Shown: positions 1-14,385 of the stretch, in pieces
How positions within the stretch are numbered: the first letter of the stretch is position 1
How the letters are laid out: each line of letters opens with the position of its first letter
Assembly: GCA_000934665.2 (NCBI GenBank)
Contig: JYFJ02001286.1
Coordinates: forward strand, 1 to 64,000
DNA length: 64,000 bases
Source: Catajapyx aquilonaris
Taxonomy: Eukaryota
Direction: 5' to 3'
Program-made: the position numbers and the translations under genes
Notes under the pieces: generated by a model
Told to the model about the DNA's origin: nothing
Databases searched by the model: none
The model's input: the letters and a program-made list of their open reading frames with translations, nothing else

Positions 1-382
1 GTTGGATCGATTCCCCCCCCCCCTCCCCCTCTCCACCACCCACCCTATACCAAAATCCGGGATACCCCTACCCTAGAGAATGGGGAACCAGCGGGTTAGT
101 GAAAGAGAAAAGAGACTCAAAGCTCTATGACTGGGGAGTGGATTCAGCATGATCAACAATGGCGCTTGACTCATTGGTTCCCATCTGTGTGTTTTATATC
201 GATCCGTCATTTTCCTCCGTTTTCTTCAGCTTAAGGTGGGGCCACTTGATTTATCGTCCCCTCGCAGATGAGGCCTTTGAATTGCTTGGAGGGGGGATGA
301 GTTCGCACCCAAGTCGCTTATCGCCAAGAGGGGGCGGAATTCATTGTTATTCAACTCACTGTATCGATATATCAACTGACTT

Positions 383-487
383 GCCTCCAAACGGAAGGTC
401 CGAGAACTACTGCCCGGGCGCCCCCACACGGACAGCCCGAGAACTCTCTGGTCAGGCGCCCCCAAACGGATGGTCCGAGTACTACCC
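383..487. repeat. three degenerate tandem copies of a unit of about 37 bp
   Basis: gcctccaaacggaaggtccgagaactac (383), gcccccacacggacagcccgagaactct (420), gcccccaaacggatggtccgagtactac (458). Confidence 0.75.
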
Positions 488-639
488 GAAACGGTACTAG
501 GCCGAACTAATCCCGCATGGCGCCCTCCGCATGCTATGGCGGACCTAATTTCGCCTAGATTAAACTACACAACTGGCGGCAACCCTTGGAGAAAACAATG
601 GTGCATTTTCCCGGCTTCCAGTGCAAGAAGTTTATGCCC

Positions 640-1140
640 AGCCATGTTTTTTAGCCTCTGTATGGGCTTGGCTCCAAAAAGGCAGATGCAGAGTCCATAG
701 GTGGAGGACCTAAAAAAAGAGAGGCCGAACATAAAACCGACTCGTCAAACTTGGGGAAAGGCTAGTCCCAGGGCCATTTTGTGCATGATTAATGGTAGAG
801 GAAGCCCGTCCAGTGTTTTCTATGGAAGGGATCCGGGCTTGACAGATAAAAGCTCGTAAAAATCGTCAAGTTTATCATTACAAGAATGTGAGGGACTTCC
901 TGCGTATGATATGCCATATTAGCCGGCAGGTACATAAGTAGCGCTCATTCAAATAAGGGACGGACAAAAACAAGAAGTTTTCTTTTCTAGACTTGGTAAA
1001 CACTGATTGCACACTTCCATCATGGTCGAAGCTGAAGAGGCACGAATGACGTTGGATTATTATTGTGGACAGACAATCACTCCAAAGGCCGGTGATGGAC
1101 GTCAAGGAACCGACCACCGTTGCTGGGTACCTAATTTATT
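640..1140 (+). mobile_element. highly decayed RTE-like non-LTR retrotransposon fragment (RT thumb/C-terminus)
   Basis: Stop- and frameshift-ridden translation gives, in order, KGRC..RT*KKR..*NRLVKLG, RPV/VFYGRD, DFLRMICHISRQ and GDGRQG..RCWVPNL. This order matches the RTE motifs RI.KA...F..L, LYG.E.W, CLR.I.GISW and GR....W. Confidence 0.4.
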
Positions 1141-4100
1141 TATTTACAAACGCCTTTATCCCGGAGGGTAACAAGACCTGTTTTGTGGTTTGGAAAACTC
1201 TTGCCAAAATGATGTGGTCAATACTGGGCCCTTATAAAAATGGTAGCCAGCTGGCCTTTTAAGCCTCGGGCTGCCACACAAAAATCAGCTGTTTTCCCAC
1301 ACATGAGTCACACATGGGTCAGCTTAACACGTGCAAAATTCAAACCCCCGTTCGATATGGCAAAATGACGCATTTCCGTTTCGTGATGACCCCCCTCCCC
1401 TCGTAATAATAAAAAACGTCCCAGTGGACGCCATCTGTCGGCGTCATCACTTGAACTCCCCTCTAATATAATGACCTCTGATTTGGATGACCTCCGGAGA
1501 GAATTGGCAGGTGGAAGGTCAGGCTCGTATCAAAAATTTGCATACTGGACCCAGATTTTTTGGCGCGGATTGTCCACTTTTTTGTGACGGGATTCCGGTG
1601 AGTCCTTCCGCGCCAGTGGCAAGGCGAAGGCACTGCTCATGTACTGCTTTCTAATCTCTTGTAAATTGGGATACCGGATGGATTTACATACGCGTTTGGG
1701 CTGGACTAATTGAAGCGCCCATTTTTGCACGGGGATACCACGGGATTAATCTAACGAAGGCGCCCACAGAATACGCGTAGAAAGGTCAATTGGCATGCAC
1801 TGTTTTGGAAATAATTGACAATATCTACTTCGTAAATCACTCAAACGTGTGATTGGAATCGTGGGGTTGGTTCGGTTTTAAAATTTGGGGCGAGGTTTAT
1901 GTACTGGACACCACATAAACTACCAGGCCTATATCAATTTGCCCTTTTTTTATTTGCAGACTTTAAAAAAAATAGAAATAAAGTAACCAACACTGGCTGA
2001 GCAAAATTAGCTCATTTCAACACAAATTTTATCATATTGGTTGGACTAACCAAAACATTTTGGTTGACAGGTATGCGATTGTTTCAGCCACAATTGGTTC
2101 ATATATAACAACAATCGAATTATTGGTCGAATTAAACATTATTTTGGTCCATTCAACCCAACATTTTTGAGCCAAATTTAAAACATGATTTACATGCGTC
2201 TTGATGCCTGACTGCCCCTGGTCATCGTACCCCGTCTAGCCAGAAATGACTTGTCATGTATCTACCATCGCCACGTTATACCGCCCGCGCAGAATACAAA
2301 ATGGGACTAAGGTTAGGGAAAATTCTTGGCGTGCACCACATCCATCGCACTATGGCATAATCGAGACTACCCGCAGCGGCTGTCATCGAGTTAGAAGTGC
2401 TGCATACCGCAGCTACATGCAGCTTTTCCTTTTGGCGCATCTGAGCCGACATTGCAAAAAAAAGAAAAAAAAATCCAAGCAAGTAACGGCAACCCTCGGG
2501 ACAAATGGAGCAGAGACTTGGAATAATGCCTAAAAGCGAGGTGGCAAAACAAAAGCATTAGGCCCTAAGAGTAAAAGCAACATCAGCAAGGGTTCCCCCC
2601 AATGGGGGTCCTCTTCTAGATACTTCAAAAAACAAAAAAAAAGTTTGCTCCCAAACTTCATTTGGGCCTTTGTCGCGGAGGCCCCCAAGACGTGCTAATT
2701 ACTCGCCTTGGCATCAAATATCATGGAAATGAGCCGACCCGACAGTCAGGGGTTGGCTTTATAAACCCAAGCTGTAGGCGATCACACCATTGACACACAG
2801 GGGCGCTAAAATGCAGCTGTTCAAACTGAGTTCTAAAAAGCCTCTCGCCAAGATTTTCCCTTGGAGCCCTGTGTTTGGACAAGACGAAGGTGGCGTCAAG
2901 GAGTAACATCCTGAGGAACCATCATTGCCACACTCGGAAGGCTTCCTACATGGAGGATGTGGAAAGAATTAAGGTCAGACCAATCGGTTCTGTTCACAGA
3001 GAATGCAAGACGGCGGAACATTTTTATCAGATCAGGCTATAAATTATGCTTAATAACTCTCAAGCACTGGTATGGTTTCACATAATAAAACTTAGCCCAG
3101 ATTTTCCGTTCCAGTTCCAATCGAAAGGTCCGTTTGTGAAAAAAAGAAACTGGTTGTCTATAAACTTTAGCATCACAACCTAAAGCGCCTTATAATTGCA
3201 AAAACTTGAAGTCTCTTCACCATTATAACGCGGAACATCATCCCCGACTTATGAATAATTAAACCGGGGGAAAGTCCCTATCGACTTTTAGGCTTCTATT
3301 ACACTGAGGGAATAATTGAACGTTATTAGCAACCCCCTAGTGGAGCTTTGGGTCCGGAAGGGACAATTCCGGTTTCTGTCTGCAAGGGGGTGGAATTCCT
3401 GAAGTTGCAAATATATATGTGCTACCTATACACGGATGGGTGGTCATGTGTGGATGCGTATATGGGTGCGCACAAAAGACCGACGAATTTTAGGGACAGA
3501 TGCGTCTCTTATGCAAAACCTGCGCCACACGAGTGGAGTTTGCAAGATAAATGGATGGAAATTAGCCAAAAAGGGAGGGCACTTCTTTTTCTCACACCTG
3601 CCACTTGAGTTTTCGAGTTCACACCCAGTCTTTTCTTATCTCAGACCACGATTGACAGCCGGAAGATTCCTCCGGTTGAAAGCATAAAGGGGCGCAGTCC
3701 ATTAGGACCCGGCCAGTAGTACCGGGCACCTCTGGGTGTGAATATCATCAGGTTTACAAAACTGCCGGCATAACCGGATGTGTCCAAAAGTGCCAATCCA
3801 TCACGTAATTTAATCCGGTCCAGACCCCTCTTGTCAAGGGAACGAAACCTAAACCGACCACTCGCAAAAGCACTAGGGGTAGGACAAAAGGGTACCCCAG
3901 CTGAAGCATGGTGTCTCCGATGTAAGTGACGTCCTAACCCAATAAACCCTGGCAGCGGGTATGCACACGTGGCAACCCTACTTGCTAGGGTCAACCATCC
4001 ATTTAATGCTAAGGTGCATTCCAAAATGGAGGCCCTCGGGGAAGAATCCTGGATTATCTGTGAAACACTTGGTGTAAATCTGCTGGCTGGCAGTTACAGC

Positions 4101-7100
4101 CATTAAAGTATCAAATAAATTCCATTGATGTTTTAATTCTGCGGTTAAGCATCGTTTGGAATTATGACGGCGACAGAATATCAGTAAAATTTTAATGGCG
4201 TGGGCGTGGTAGTAGCTTAACGTATTTCTTCCGTTTTTTAGGGTGGGGGAAGGGAGGGAAGGGGGGTTCTAATCCCACATCCTAAGCCTAACACATGACG
4301 ACGTGAGCATAACATGTGCCAAAAATAATTGTAACGAATGGGGTTTAGCTCCCTCCAGCGGTGAAAGTCAATTCGGGTGAAGAGATGGGCTCGTATTTTG
4401 ACCGAAATTGCAGCCAAGACCCGGGGAAAACTGAAATTTTTTTGGGAACAAAGTCGACATCACCGGTTTTGTAATAGAATTACTCTGTGATTATCGGAGC
4501 ACGCACCTCCGGTACAAAAAGACGTCACCGTTCCTCAACTGGCCTTAAGCTGTAGTGTCAACTTTGGGGATTAGTCCTTTGTGGCAACGGATTAGGGCTC
4601 ACCTGGACAAGGGTATTAGATGGCCTGTTATGTACAAGCTGGTAGCACCTTGCGGGCGACCCCGGCACGCTTTCGGGGGCACCATGAATTTTCCTAACCG
4701 TAGCTTTATCTGACCCAGGGATATAACAAGCCTGACAAAACAGTGGAGATACACGACCGTGATAAGACCGAGTTTTTTTTATCCGCCGTTTCAGAAATGA
4801 AAATTTATTCTGGTACAACCCCCTGTTGTACTGGCCCCTCCAAAAAGCTCATTACAGTTATGCTTATAAACTCCAGGCATGCTGACACCTCGTAGTCATC
4901 TGGGAAGGTTCCCTCCGTGCGCCAGAGATTCTATATGTACAGTGTGCAGCATAAGGCCCTTCTAGTCAGATTTATGGTGCGGCGGAGGCGCGTAACTGTA
5001 TCCGTCTGCATCTAATGGCGCCCTTGTTTCCCTTTCCATTCCCACACTGCTTCCAGATCCCTTTAGAGAGCTAAGAGAGGACTGCAAAACCTGTTCATCT
5101 CGCACTACTATAATTGGCTATGGAGCATCCGGAGGTGTATAAATAATAGCCTTCCCCGTATCAGCTGGGAAGATCGGACTTAACTGGACATTATTGCTAT
5201 CATTTAGGTTAATACGCTTAAAGACGTTCCACGTGAGGCGGGATATAAACAATGAGAGGTGTCACGTACTTCCGGCAAAACCATTCTTGACGAATCGCAT
5301 GGAGTATCATTAAACATGGGAAGAAAAGTTAGAGGGCGTAATGAAACCGCTCGGTGCCACATTATCCACTAGCGTGTTATTTGGCGGTCTTCTGCACATC
5401 AACACAAACAGTAAAATGCAGGGTGATGCCTCCATAACTCCGCGATTATATTGTAATGACGAGTACGGCTGGAAGGCATCGTGCATACTTTTTGACAATT
5501 TGCCACACACAGGGGGCCCCCTTGCTACCGGCACACATTTTACTACCAGAGTCAAAGTGATCGCCCTGGCAATCTGTCAAACTCATTTCACAAGACTCCC
5601 TTTACGACCTCGTGCACCATAAAGCCAGCCCTTTAGAAATAAACCGCGCAGGCATTGTCCCTAGGTCTGCTCCGCCATTTCTGTCTCACCGGATCACAAG
5701 ATGGACGACCCCGACAAGCTGGAGATGTCGAGGTCACGTGTAGCGCGTCCCCCTCCCCTAGCAACCTACGCAGCAATATTTCCCCCAACAAACATGGGGA
5801 GGGGACTGACTCCAGAGGGGGTCCCATTTCCTGACCTTTGTGACCAGTACACTGTTCCTGCTAATGAGGGACCGGCTAATTAAAGGAGCGGTCAGCGCCT
5901 CGGTTTGGGACCAAGGGTAAACTAGGGACCTTGGCGATTACTGGACTCTTCATATGGTCTTAGATTTTGGGGATGGGTGCGTGGCCTTCGTCTAATAAAG
6001 TCATTAAGTGGGGCGTTTATTTTAAATGTTCCCCCTCTTCCTTCTGCAGCCCACACTACTTTAGAGGGGGCTCCAGACTATATAGGGGTCGCTTTATAGC
6101 TGCCACATAAAATGAAAGGAACTAGAGGTGGCGTGTAATTGAATGGCCCCCATGTAGACCTACAAGGTAGTCGATTCAGCCTCAACAATTTATATTATTG
6201 AGTTAACGGATCAGCTAAACATGGAATTTCTTGGAACTGACGTTGAAACGATGCAACCCAACATCTGATAAGACCAACTGCATATGTTGGAAATACACTA
6301 TCGCTCATGCGATATAAAGGATTGTTATCAGGACGAAGAACAAATCCTGAACATTCTTCAAGTCTGCCGTCATGTCAACCGCAATACAAATTATCATCGA
6401 CATCGACACTTTTCATACAGGCGAAAATGGGCCATTTAGAAACCCAGCTGCATCGGAGATATTCAATCAAACTTTTCCAAACTTTGTCGGATTGGGCTGA
6501 TAGGCACGTCGACAAGTATTAAAATAGCTGAAGGATTATTTTCAGTCGCCTTGGGTCAAAATACTCTGAGACCCCCCCTAAGATTCCCCCCAGAAAACTT
6601 TTTCCTCAATTTTTATCTATAAAACGTACGACTTACAAAATTCCTTCGTGAGGGGTTTCCCGGGGCGGCATGCCATAAATTTACTCCGCCATACAAAATT
6701 TAATATGTTCTGGAGAGAGCGCCAATATTCCTAAATGCCCCCGTTAAAGCCGAGGACGGAGTTCCAGCATTAATATAAAAGCGCCAGGAAGGGAAGGGAA
6801 AAGGGAGAGAACCATTCTGGTACATTGGCACCGATGTCGCTAGTGTCGCATAGGCCAATGTATCCAGTATCCGAGGAAAAGGCGGGCGAATCGCGTGATG
6901 TATGGACATCCCTCCCTCTTCTCTTCCCACCCAAATGATGTATGAGCCTGAATCCTGAATCAGGCGGGAAGAAGACCCGCCCCCTGTTCGGTCCCTTTTA
7001 CGAGCTACGACAGCAGTGTACCTCTAAAAGAAGCGGAGGACCGCGCAGTCATGGTTTGCAAAATTTGGTGCCTGTCGCTGGAAAAAGTGCTTAGCACGTT

Positions 7101-9818
7101 ACAATCCGGCCCATTCATACAGCCCAATTATGACAACGATGTGACACGAGCGATCGGTCAATGTGCTGCCGCATCGCTCAACCGGTGCTTCGAGTCTGTC
7201 CACACGGAAGCATTACTGTGGACCTATAGAGTACGGTACAGATGATCCAAACATGAGGATGAGATATTAATAAAATGTGATTCCGACAAAGTACAAGAGT
7301 GGTCATGGCGTATTTCAGAAATAATTACACTTATGCACAGTTTTGGGAAATAAATCAGTAGATGACGCACGCTTATTCCTTCTGAAATTCGGCACGGCAT
7401 GACTGAGCCGTTTTAATATAACATACAGGATTATTATACGAATCGTAGGTACCTCGTAGCATGTACAAACAAGCTAATTTCTAGGTTATTTTTGTCTAGT
7501 TGGGGTGCAGCACACAACTGTTTGTTTATTCATTTGCTTATGTATTTATGAATTTGTGCCCCTTTGTTCTGATGCGCCACAGCTTCGCCGTAGCAGCAGA
7601 TTGCAAGAGTGCAATTCTAACTATTATCTGAAGCAGGATGGAGCTGATAACACCTCACATGCAGGTCGTTTATTAGCAGACAATGCAATTCGTTACCCTT
7701 GCGCGTGAGTCCTGTCCTTCTTCCGCAACGATCCAAGAGTAATGAGCTGGTTTGGCGGAAGGCGGGTGTTAATGAAACAGACAGTTGCAAGCGCTGCTTC
7801 CAGCAAGGGCCCGAACGGGCTTATCTCCTATCTCTTGGGTGATGTCTAATGAAGAAGCCAGGCAAATCTCATTTTGGGTGTGGAAGTAGGATAAGAGCTG
7901 CACGGTCATTTGCTCTGTGCTGCCACGCCGAAATTCATTTCGTTCTCGAAATTCGCAGAGCTCGTTTTTAGACCAAATTACATTTCTTTTCTTTAGTTTT
8001 TTTTAAAGGGGGGGGGAGGTTTGTCTCGTTTCCCCCCTTCTAAAATGTGGAGTAAGTTATTCGTCTCACGTAGTAGCGTACGCTGGGAGTTAACTGTCAC
8101 TCCCTCAAATCCAATTGGTCGGCGTGCNGGGGGGGAAGGAGGTGGCGGCACTTCACTTCTGATCTTTTCGGGGTCTACCTTGATGGTCTTGTCAGTTGAA
8201 TATCTGAGGACAACACCCTTGAAGATCTGTCGCTGTTGGTGAGCAGTTTGGTCATGAATCTGGCCACCGCGGGAGCCGAAGACGGGTGGGCAGAAGGCCA
8301 TCAAGTATCTCGAGCCAGGCCATTTGGCATCCTGAATGAATAGGATCGCACCTTGCTGTCACCCTTTTCTAACGAGGCGTACGTGACCCTGGTGTCACCC
8401 GAATAATTCAAGTCGGAGTTTGGCACAAATATCACTTCCGCCGACTCTAAACGCAACTAATGTCGCCGAATGACCTCAGGTGCCAAAGCCGGCATCTGGT
8501 CTCCAGAGACGTCTTGAATCACCCTCCCAAACTCGTCACTGTAGTTTGGAGACCATGGCAGGCATAAAGCATGGCCCTGCCCTATCTAAGCGGAAATAAA
8601 TCCTCCACAGGGGCTGCGATTGTGCGTCGGAACCCGTAGGGAAGTTCCGAGCCGGCGAAGGATTTATAATGGTCTAGGGACAGGCTGAGTCGCAGTGCCA
8701 GCCAGCCAGAAGCCACCTTGGAGGCTCCCAAGTGCGGCATTCGACCGACCGTCGCATTCTGAGTTATTATCTTGCTAATGTCGCTATGTGCACCGCACAT
8801 GACGAGGGCGTCTGTTGGAGGGCGTATAAACATGGCCGCCAGCCGTGTGGGCACATTCGACAGTCCTGTTCGGTCAATGCTTCGGGAATCGTACTGGCAA
8901 GTGTACACATCAGCTCGAGGAGCTGGAACTGTTCCAGTTAACCGTTCAGGGGCCTCGTAATGGCGCGGATCCCTTTTCAGGTGTCGAGGCTCCAACTTTT
9001 CTACCAGTTTCTCTCCCCCTACCCTTGTACGCATCGAACGTGAAGGGAATTTCTGCTGGTGATGGTGCTGGTCTGGTGCTTCTAACCTATCGATTCCTCC
9101 CAGGGAGACGCCGGTCCCCGGCACCGCACGCTGGGAACCAAGGCCTCCCCCGATTTGGGTGGTCCGCGGTGCCATATGCAAAGGACCGGACATACCGATA
9201 TGCCTCTAATCGAATATGTACGACCCTTGCTGCACTTATTTTAGGACGTCAAAGTCATCCTTCGAGTTTTTCAAATGAGATGTACTAAGAACTCTGGCTT
9301 TATCTGGAAACTTTGAAGTCTGCTTGTTAGCTGGCAGGATGAAAAATCAGGCGGGTTGAAGGAAAAGAAGCCATCGCCTTTGGAGATGGCCGAGATAGTT
9401 CCTAGTGCAGGTTGAAAGGCATAGCCTTTGAGAGACTACGTATAAATAGGCGGTCGGGCTCTTTGGCCTCTAATCCCACGTGGCGATACAACCGTGATGG
9501 CCCATCATTATGAGTGTACCTACATTATGTGTGGAATGGGAGCGTGTGTACACACAGCTGGCGTGGGAAAATAGTCGAGCTGATTTCCACCAAAGTTGCC
9601 CAGAATTATCTGCGGGAGGTGACACCAACATTAAAATCCCTTTAATAATGGTTCCAAATAGCATGGGTCGATATGCGGGGCTCAAATATTTAAAATAATG
9701 CCAGTGTAGAGCAGGCGCAAAACCAGGGATAATATTTATTGTGAACTGTATACTGTTTTGCTAGAAATCCTAAAGATCCGATCCGGTCACCACATATTTA
9801 TTCGGCCATAGCTGTACA

Positions 9819-9944
9819 GCTGACACGCCGGCAACAAACAAGCAATGTTGCCGCTTCAATGCGCTGATTTAAAATCTATTGCATATTGAAGCGATTAAAT
9901 TTCACTCACTGAGGCGGCAACACCGCGTATCCAGTGTTGTCAGC
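9819..9944. repeat. degenerate inverted-repeat element (MITE remnant)
   Basis: tgttgccgcttcaatgcgctgatttaa (from 9846) pairs with ttaaatttcactcactgaggcggcaaca (to 9922). Outer pair is gctgaca/tgtcagc. Confidence 0.55.
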
Positions 9945-11082
9945 CTGACTTTTTGGATTTCCGCCAGGACATTGTTGGCAGAGAGAGGCCCACAATACCG
10001 CTGATAATTTTTTCCCCAATTTAAATTTATATAAAATACTGTATTTATTTACACATAAATACAGTATCTTCTGATCCAAACCGCCTCATTAATAATATTA
10101 TTGATACATCATTTTGATGACGCTTCCATCGTTGTTTACAATGAATTTTTCCTGCCATAATAGAAAGGATTCCCTCGATATCAGCTGTGATCTGAAAACT
10201 TCCCTGATCCATATCAAGTATATATCGGACATGCTGCTTAAGTCCCGGCAGCTCTTCTCCAAAGTCGTGGGCACGTCTAGAAAAGGGGTTATTCAACCCC
10301 CTATTGTGAAGTCTAACTTCGACAGCTTCCCTGCAGGAGGGTTGAAACGCTCTATAATGATCGCAGGGGTTAATTTGACGCCTGGATTCACACAGAGGAG
10401 ACGAGAGCACCGTCGCACCTGACAAGCAACTCGCTGAATCATCTGGAAGGTTTGGAAGATTTAATACGTCATGGATCAAGGTGATCACGGAGGTGAGCCG
10501 GGAAATCAGTACAAAATCAGAACCCTGTTTAACCTTCGAATTTACAAAAAAAATAAATTGTATAAGTTATGGAGTGCGAAGGCATCCCTGCGATATTAAT
10601 GACGTTTTCATCTTTTTCTGAAGCTCCAAGGACGGTGTCGGTGATACGTCTGTCTGATTGGCGCATCGCAATAAATCTTCATCTCCGGGCTTCGGCACAA
10701 TTGGTTTGTTTGATTGGAGATAGTATTGAGACGAAAGGCTGGGGGAGAACCATCGTTCATTTTTAGAAAGAGCAGCGCTGATAGCTGAGAATCGCTATAG
10801 GAAAAGGAAAGGGAACGATTGGATTCTGATAAGGAAGTGAGGTGGTGTGAAGGACCTACATCCTCAGACTTCTTAGTCACTTCGCCTCCGACAGGTTCTT
10901 ATTTGCAGCCAGAGACGTAATAATGCTGCTGATGGGACGATAGGCACTAACTGGAAAGATGCGAGACAATGCGGAGCACTCTATCACCGGAAAGGTTCCT
11001 GTCACCTTTTTTCCCAGCCGTGATTTTCAGTCAAAATAAGGGGTCAACAACTCCGGCCTCAACTAGTACACCTTGACTTGGC

Positions 11083-11159
<77 letters not shown>

Positions 11160-11186
11160 GCAGCAGCAGCAGCAGCAGCAGCAGCA
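11083..11186. repeat. compound microsatellite, (TAA) about 25 copies + (GCA) about 9 copies
   Basis: Directly visible. It is followed by ctccatagcgcatagcccctgg, which resembles the reverse complement of an RTE-type 3' tail. Confidence 0.97.
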
Positions 11187-13409
11187 ACTCCATAGCGCAT
11201 AGCCCCTGGATAGTAGTCTTTCACTCCGTACACACTGACACAAAGGTTAGCTAGCACTCAGGATAACGTTGATACTCAAGGTCTTTCCAGTTTCCATTCG
11301 GCTTTTGCTAGGTGCAGATGTCACATAATTTCCCCCCGAAAAAAAACTCCTAGTCGCTTCATAAAATATGTAAAGCAGTTTCCTGTATTTAAAAATATGT
11401 ACAACTAAATCCTGCATTGCTTAATAAATAGCATCCGGGCGTTTTAGAGGATTGAGGAAACATTTTGGCGCAAGTGAGAGTCACACATATTTACCCAAGA
11501 ATAGCATATGATTTACGTTTTTGCGATAGTAACTCATTTAGCTCCATGCCACCCGCTGACATGACGAACGTCTGCTTGCAGAAGCTGGAATGCGCCCTGG
11601 CGAGAGTACAATACTCGTTTAGCTTTAGCAAGAACCAAGATTGCCTAGCCCAGGTCAACACTGGAGGTGATTAAAGACCGTACAATCTCCATTATTAGGT
11701 GCAATACACACAGGAGGGGGACCTGTTTTCTTTTCGTCATCCGATGAGCTACCTGCCTTTATTCAAGTTTCCTGCACACTACTGATTACATGTAATCAGC
11801 CTTAGAATAGTACTGACGTCACAATAGTCTAAAATGGAACCACAATTAAATCTAAAGCTTAATATCGTACATCGTGTACATGCGCATTAAACGTATGAGG
11901 TAATGTAAAAAAGGTGCATAGTATATGAATCAGTAACACAACATAATGTTAGATTGTATCTAGTGACAAGGTATTTGGGAATTTGGGTTAATGCAGTGTA
12001 AATTTGGGTAATTTTGCGAAGTTCCCAATTCATAATGACTTGTCAGTACAAACCCATGGCGCATTACACAATTCAATTTAGGTACACGATATGCCAGCCT
12101 ATATGCCATCAGCATAAAATTCAGCTCTGTCACTGCGGTTAATTAGTTGTGTAGTACCGATCCATGGGCAATGATAATGACATTGTGCACACAGCGCTGC
12201 AATAACTCTGTGCAGGCTGGTTGGATAGTTCGAAACCCAACCCCCCAAAAAAACCTTCCGCAAAAAAAACTTAAAAAGGTCGAGATGAGTAGGCGGTGTA
12301 GGTCGCGTCACCTTGGCCAAAGAAGAAACAACACCCATGTTGAAAAGAACACTTGACTAAGGTTATAGCCACAATTTCGCTCCCACCATTACGGAAGAAA
12401 GACGTTTTTCCCAGTCGGCATTTATTGTAGGGCCATTTCTCACCCCGAGGTTTGACACTGGAAGGTGACCCCGCCCATCTCACCAACACCTATCCCCAGG
12501 CCAAACGAAGTCAGGGGAAAAAAAATTTACCGATGCCTATCGAAGCGTATCAGCTAAGGGACGGACTGCTGCCAATAATTTTTCCACTTGCAAGCTGTTT
12601 GCCAACCTGGCAAGAGCGGTTTTTCGATGCAAAGGGCGTGCGTTGCAGGACCAGTTTGCCGATGACCTTACCAGTGTTTAGATTGCGGTGGAGTTCAAGG
12701 AGACGCTCATTTGCTCGTAATTTCAATTAGTGACTGCTGATACGGTGTTCAGGTTGCGCAAGGGCGCGGTCGAAGGAAACATTGGCCGGTTTCTTCAGAT
12801 ACGCCCGGTTGTTGTGGTTGTTGTGTTTTCAGCTTTTTATAACGTGCAGTATGATGTCATTTGCTGATATAGTAGGCTGATATAGGGTTGAAACATTGGA
12901 AAATCCAAAACTTGCATTTTGGGTGGGAAATGCCACAATAATCCCTATGTAATTCTGTCAAATCCCACTGTAATGGACTAGAATTTGAAGACGCTTATAT
13001 GAATTAAAATCCAATAAGCTGAAAGTGGGGCGGAAAATGTTACCTGCATGGTTCAGTTGCCATCTCGTTTTCATTACCAATTTCAGGTTTTGAGCGGCAT
13101 GCTGGTGCGCGGCCAATGATTTATTCTAACTGCCTGCAATGAGCTTATTTGACAACACTAACCGCTGTACATTGCCGTATGATTGTGACATTACACCGTA
13201 TGAAGATTTACGTTCGGAGAGCAGGCTGTGTGAGGGGAGAAAAAAAAGCTGTACGGCAGGATACTCCTGCGGGTACCGATCGTAAATATTCAATAATGTC
13301 GTACCCAGTTTTATTCTCACGTAAAATCCCATTATTACTTCGACATAAAAGGGCAGTTGGAATGACCGGGCCCTTTCCATATGACGAAGAGTCGCACAAA
13401 ACAGAGATC

Positions 13410-13760
13410 CACGTCAGGTTTCCTTAATAACCCTGTCCTTTTCCAGAAGTCGAGGTCTCTGCGGGACATGTTTATCACCGGAGGTGGGAGGCTACGGGAT
13501 GGTTTAAATGGTAGTAGGAAATGAAAAGACTCGGAAATATGCGGCGGAGAACATTTCGGCATCTGGCTTGTTAGAAAAGTACAGATTGCCATATTTATCC
13601 TCCCCACTTCTTGTGAGGCCGACCCGGATGAAGTGGGGACACTAACACGTGGGTCGCCTCGTCGACATATCTCTCATGTCTCCCTCTCTCCGAGTGGAAA
13701 AGCTCCCAACTTCCCAACTTTGCATTTACCAAGGGGGGTTCTCACAACGCTGGATTTTGC
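13410..13760 (-). mobile_element. possible I-clade LINE 3' remnant
   Basis: The minus strand reads TRRE..., PKCS...ESFHFLL and LDFWKRTGLLRK, resembling the CCHC/HFLL and F...TGL C-terminal pattern of I-type ORF2. Weak evidence. Confidence 0.25.
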
Positions 13761-14212
13761 GGGGAGACCAACTACATGACTCAACGCTCATGAATAGGCC
13801 TGTTATTGTGCGTACGTCAAGTGAATACAGAAAACACAATTATGATAAGCAGCAGGCTAATGGAAACAATGGCGCAAGGACCAAGGAAGTGTTGGGGAGT
13901 CGGGACCGGCTACGTGATTTGGTCCAGGGCTGCCATCTTGGGGGGTCAGCAGAGACGTCAGGCGGATGACAAGCTAACTACGGTAATGCTTGTTAAAGCT
14001 CGATCTATGTCGAAATTTATCCGAAAGTTCGCTGGGAGAATGTTAAAATAGGGGGTAAGCGAATGGACTATTATAATATTAATATAAATAATAAAATAAT
14101 AAAAAATACAGGGATTCTAAAACAATCAAAGAGGCATATAAAACTAAACGTTAAAAAATAAATATTCATGGAATAAATTCAGACAAAAGTGGTATTCCAT
14201 AACGATAACTAC

Positions 14213-14385
14213 CAGGCTTGTTCGATTCATAAATGTAACGTCTAGAATCAATATCGCGAAGACATTATCGGTCGATATATCGTAAATCAACAAATTGAGA
14301 AATTGAAAAGCGATATATCGAGCAGATCGGCCGATCAATTTACAAGATATCGATCAAAAAAGCGATATATGGAAAAATCGAACCG
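14213..14385. repeat. short element with iterated CGATATATCG palindromes, probably a DNA-transposon-derived MITE remnant
   Basis: CGATATATCG occurs at 14273 and 14311, with variants at about 14346 and 14363. The ends read gttcgatt...aatcgaac. Confidence 0.45.

Noticed and set aside
7505..7710. Hydrophobic-start ORF with a gtgagt donor, as a candidate robo exon 1
   Set aside because: It starts at GTG, not ATG, and the donor falls in phase 2 whereas the Ig1 exon needs phase 1.
11063..11257. ORF with poly-Ala/poly-Ile (and the poly-Ile ORF at 20518-20730)
   Set aside because: These are translations of microsatellites.
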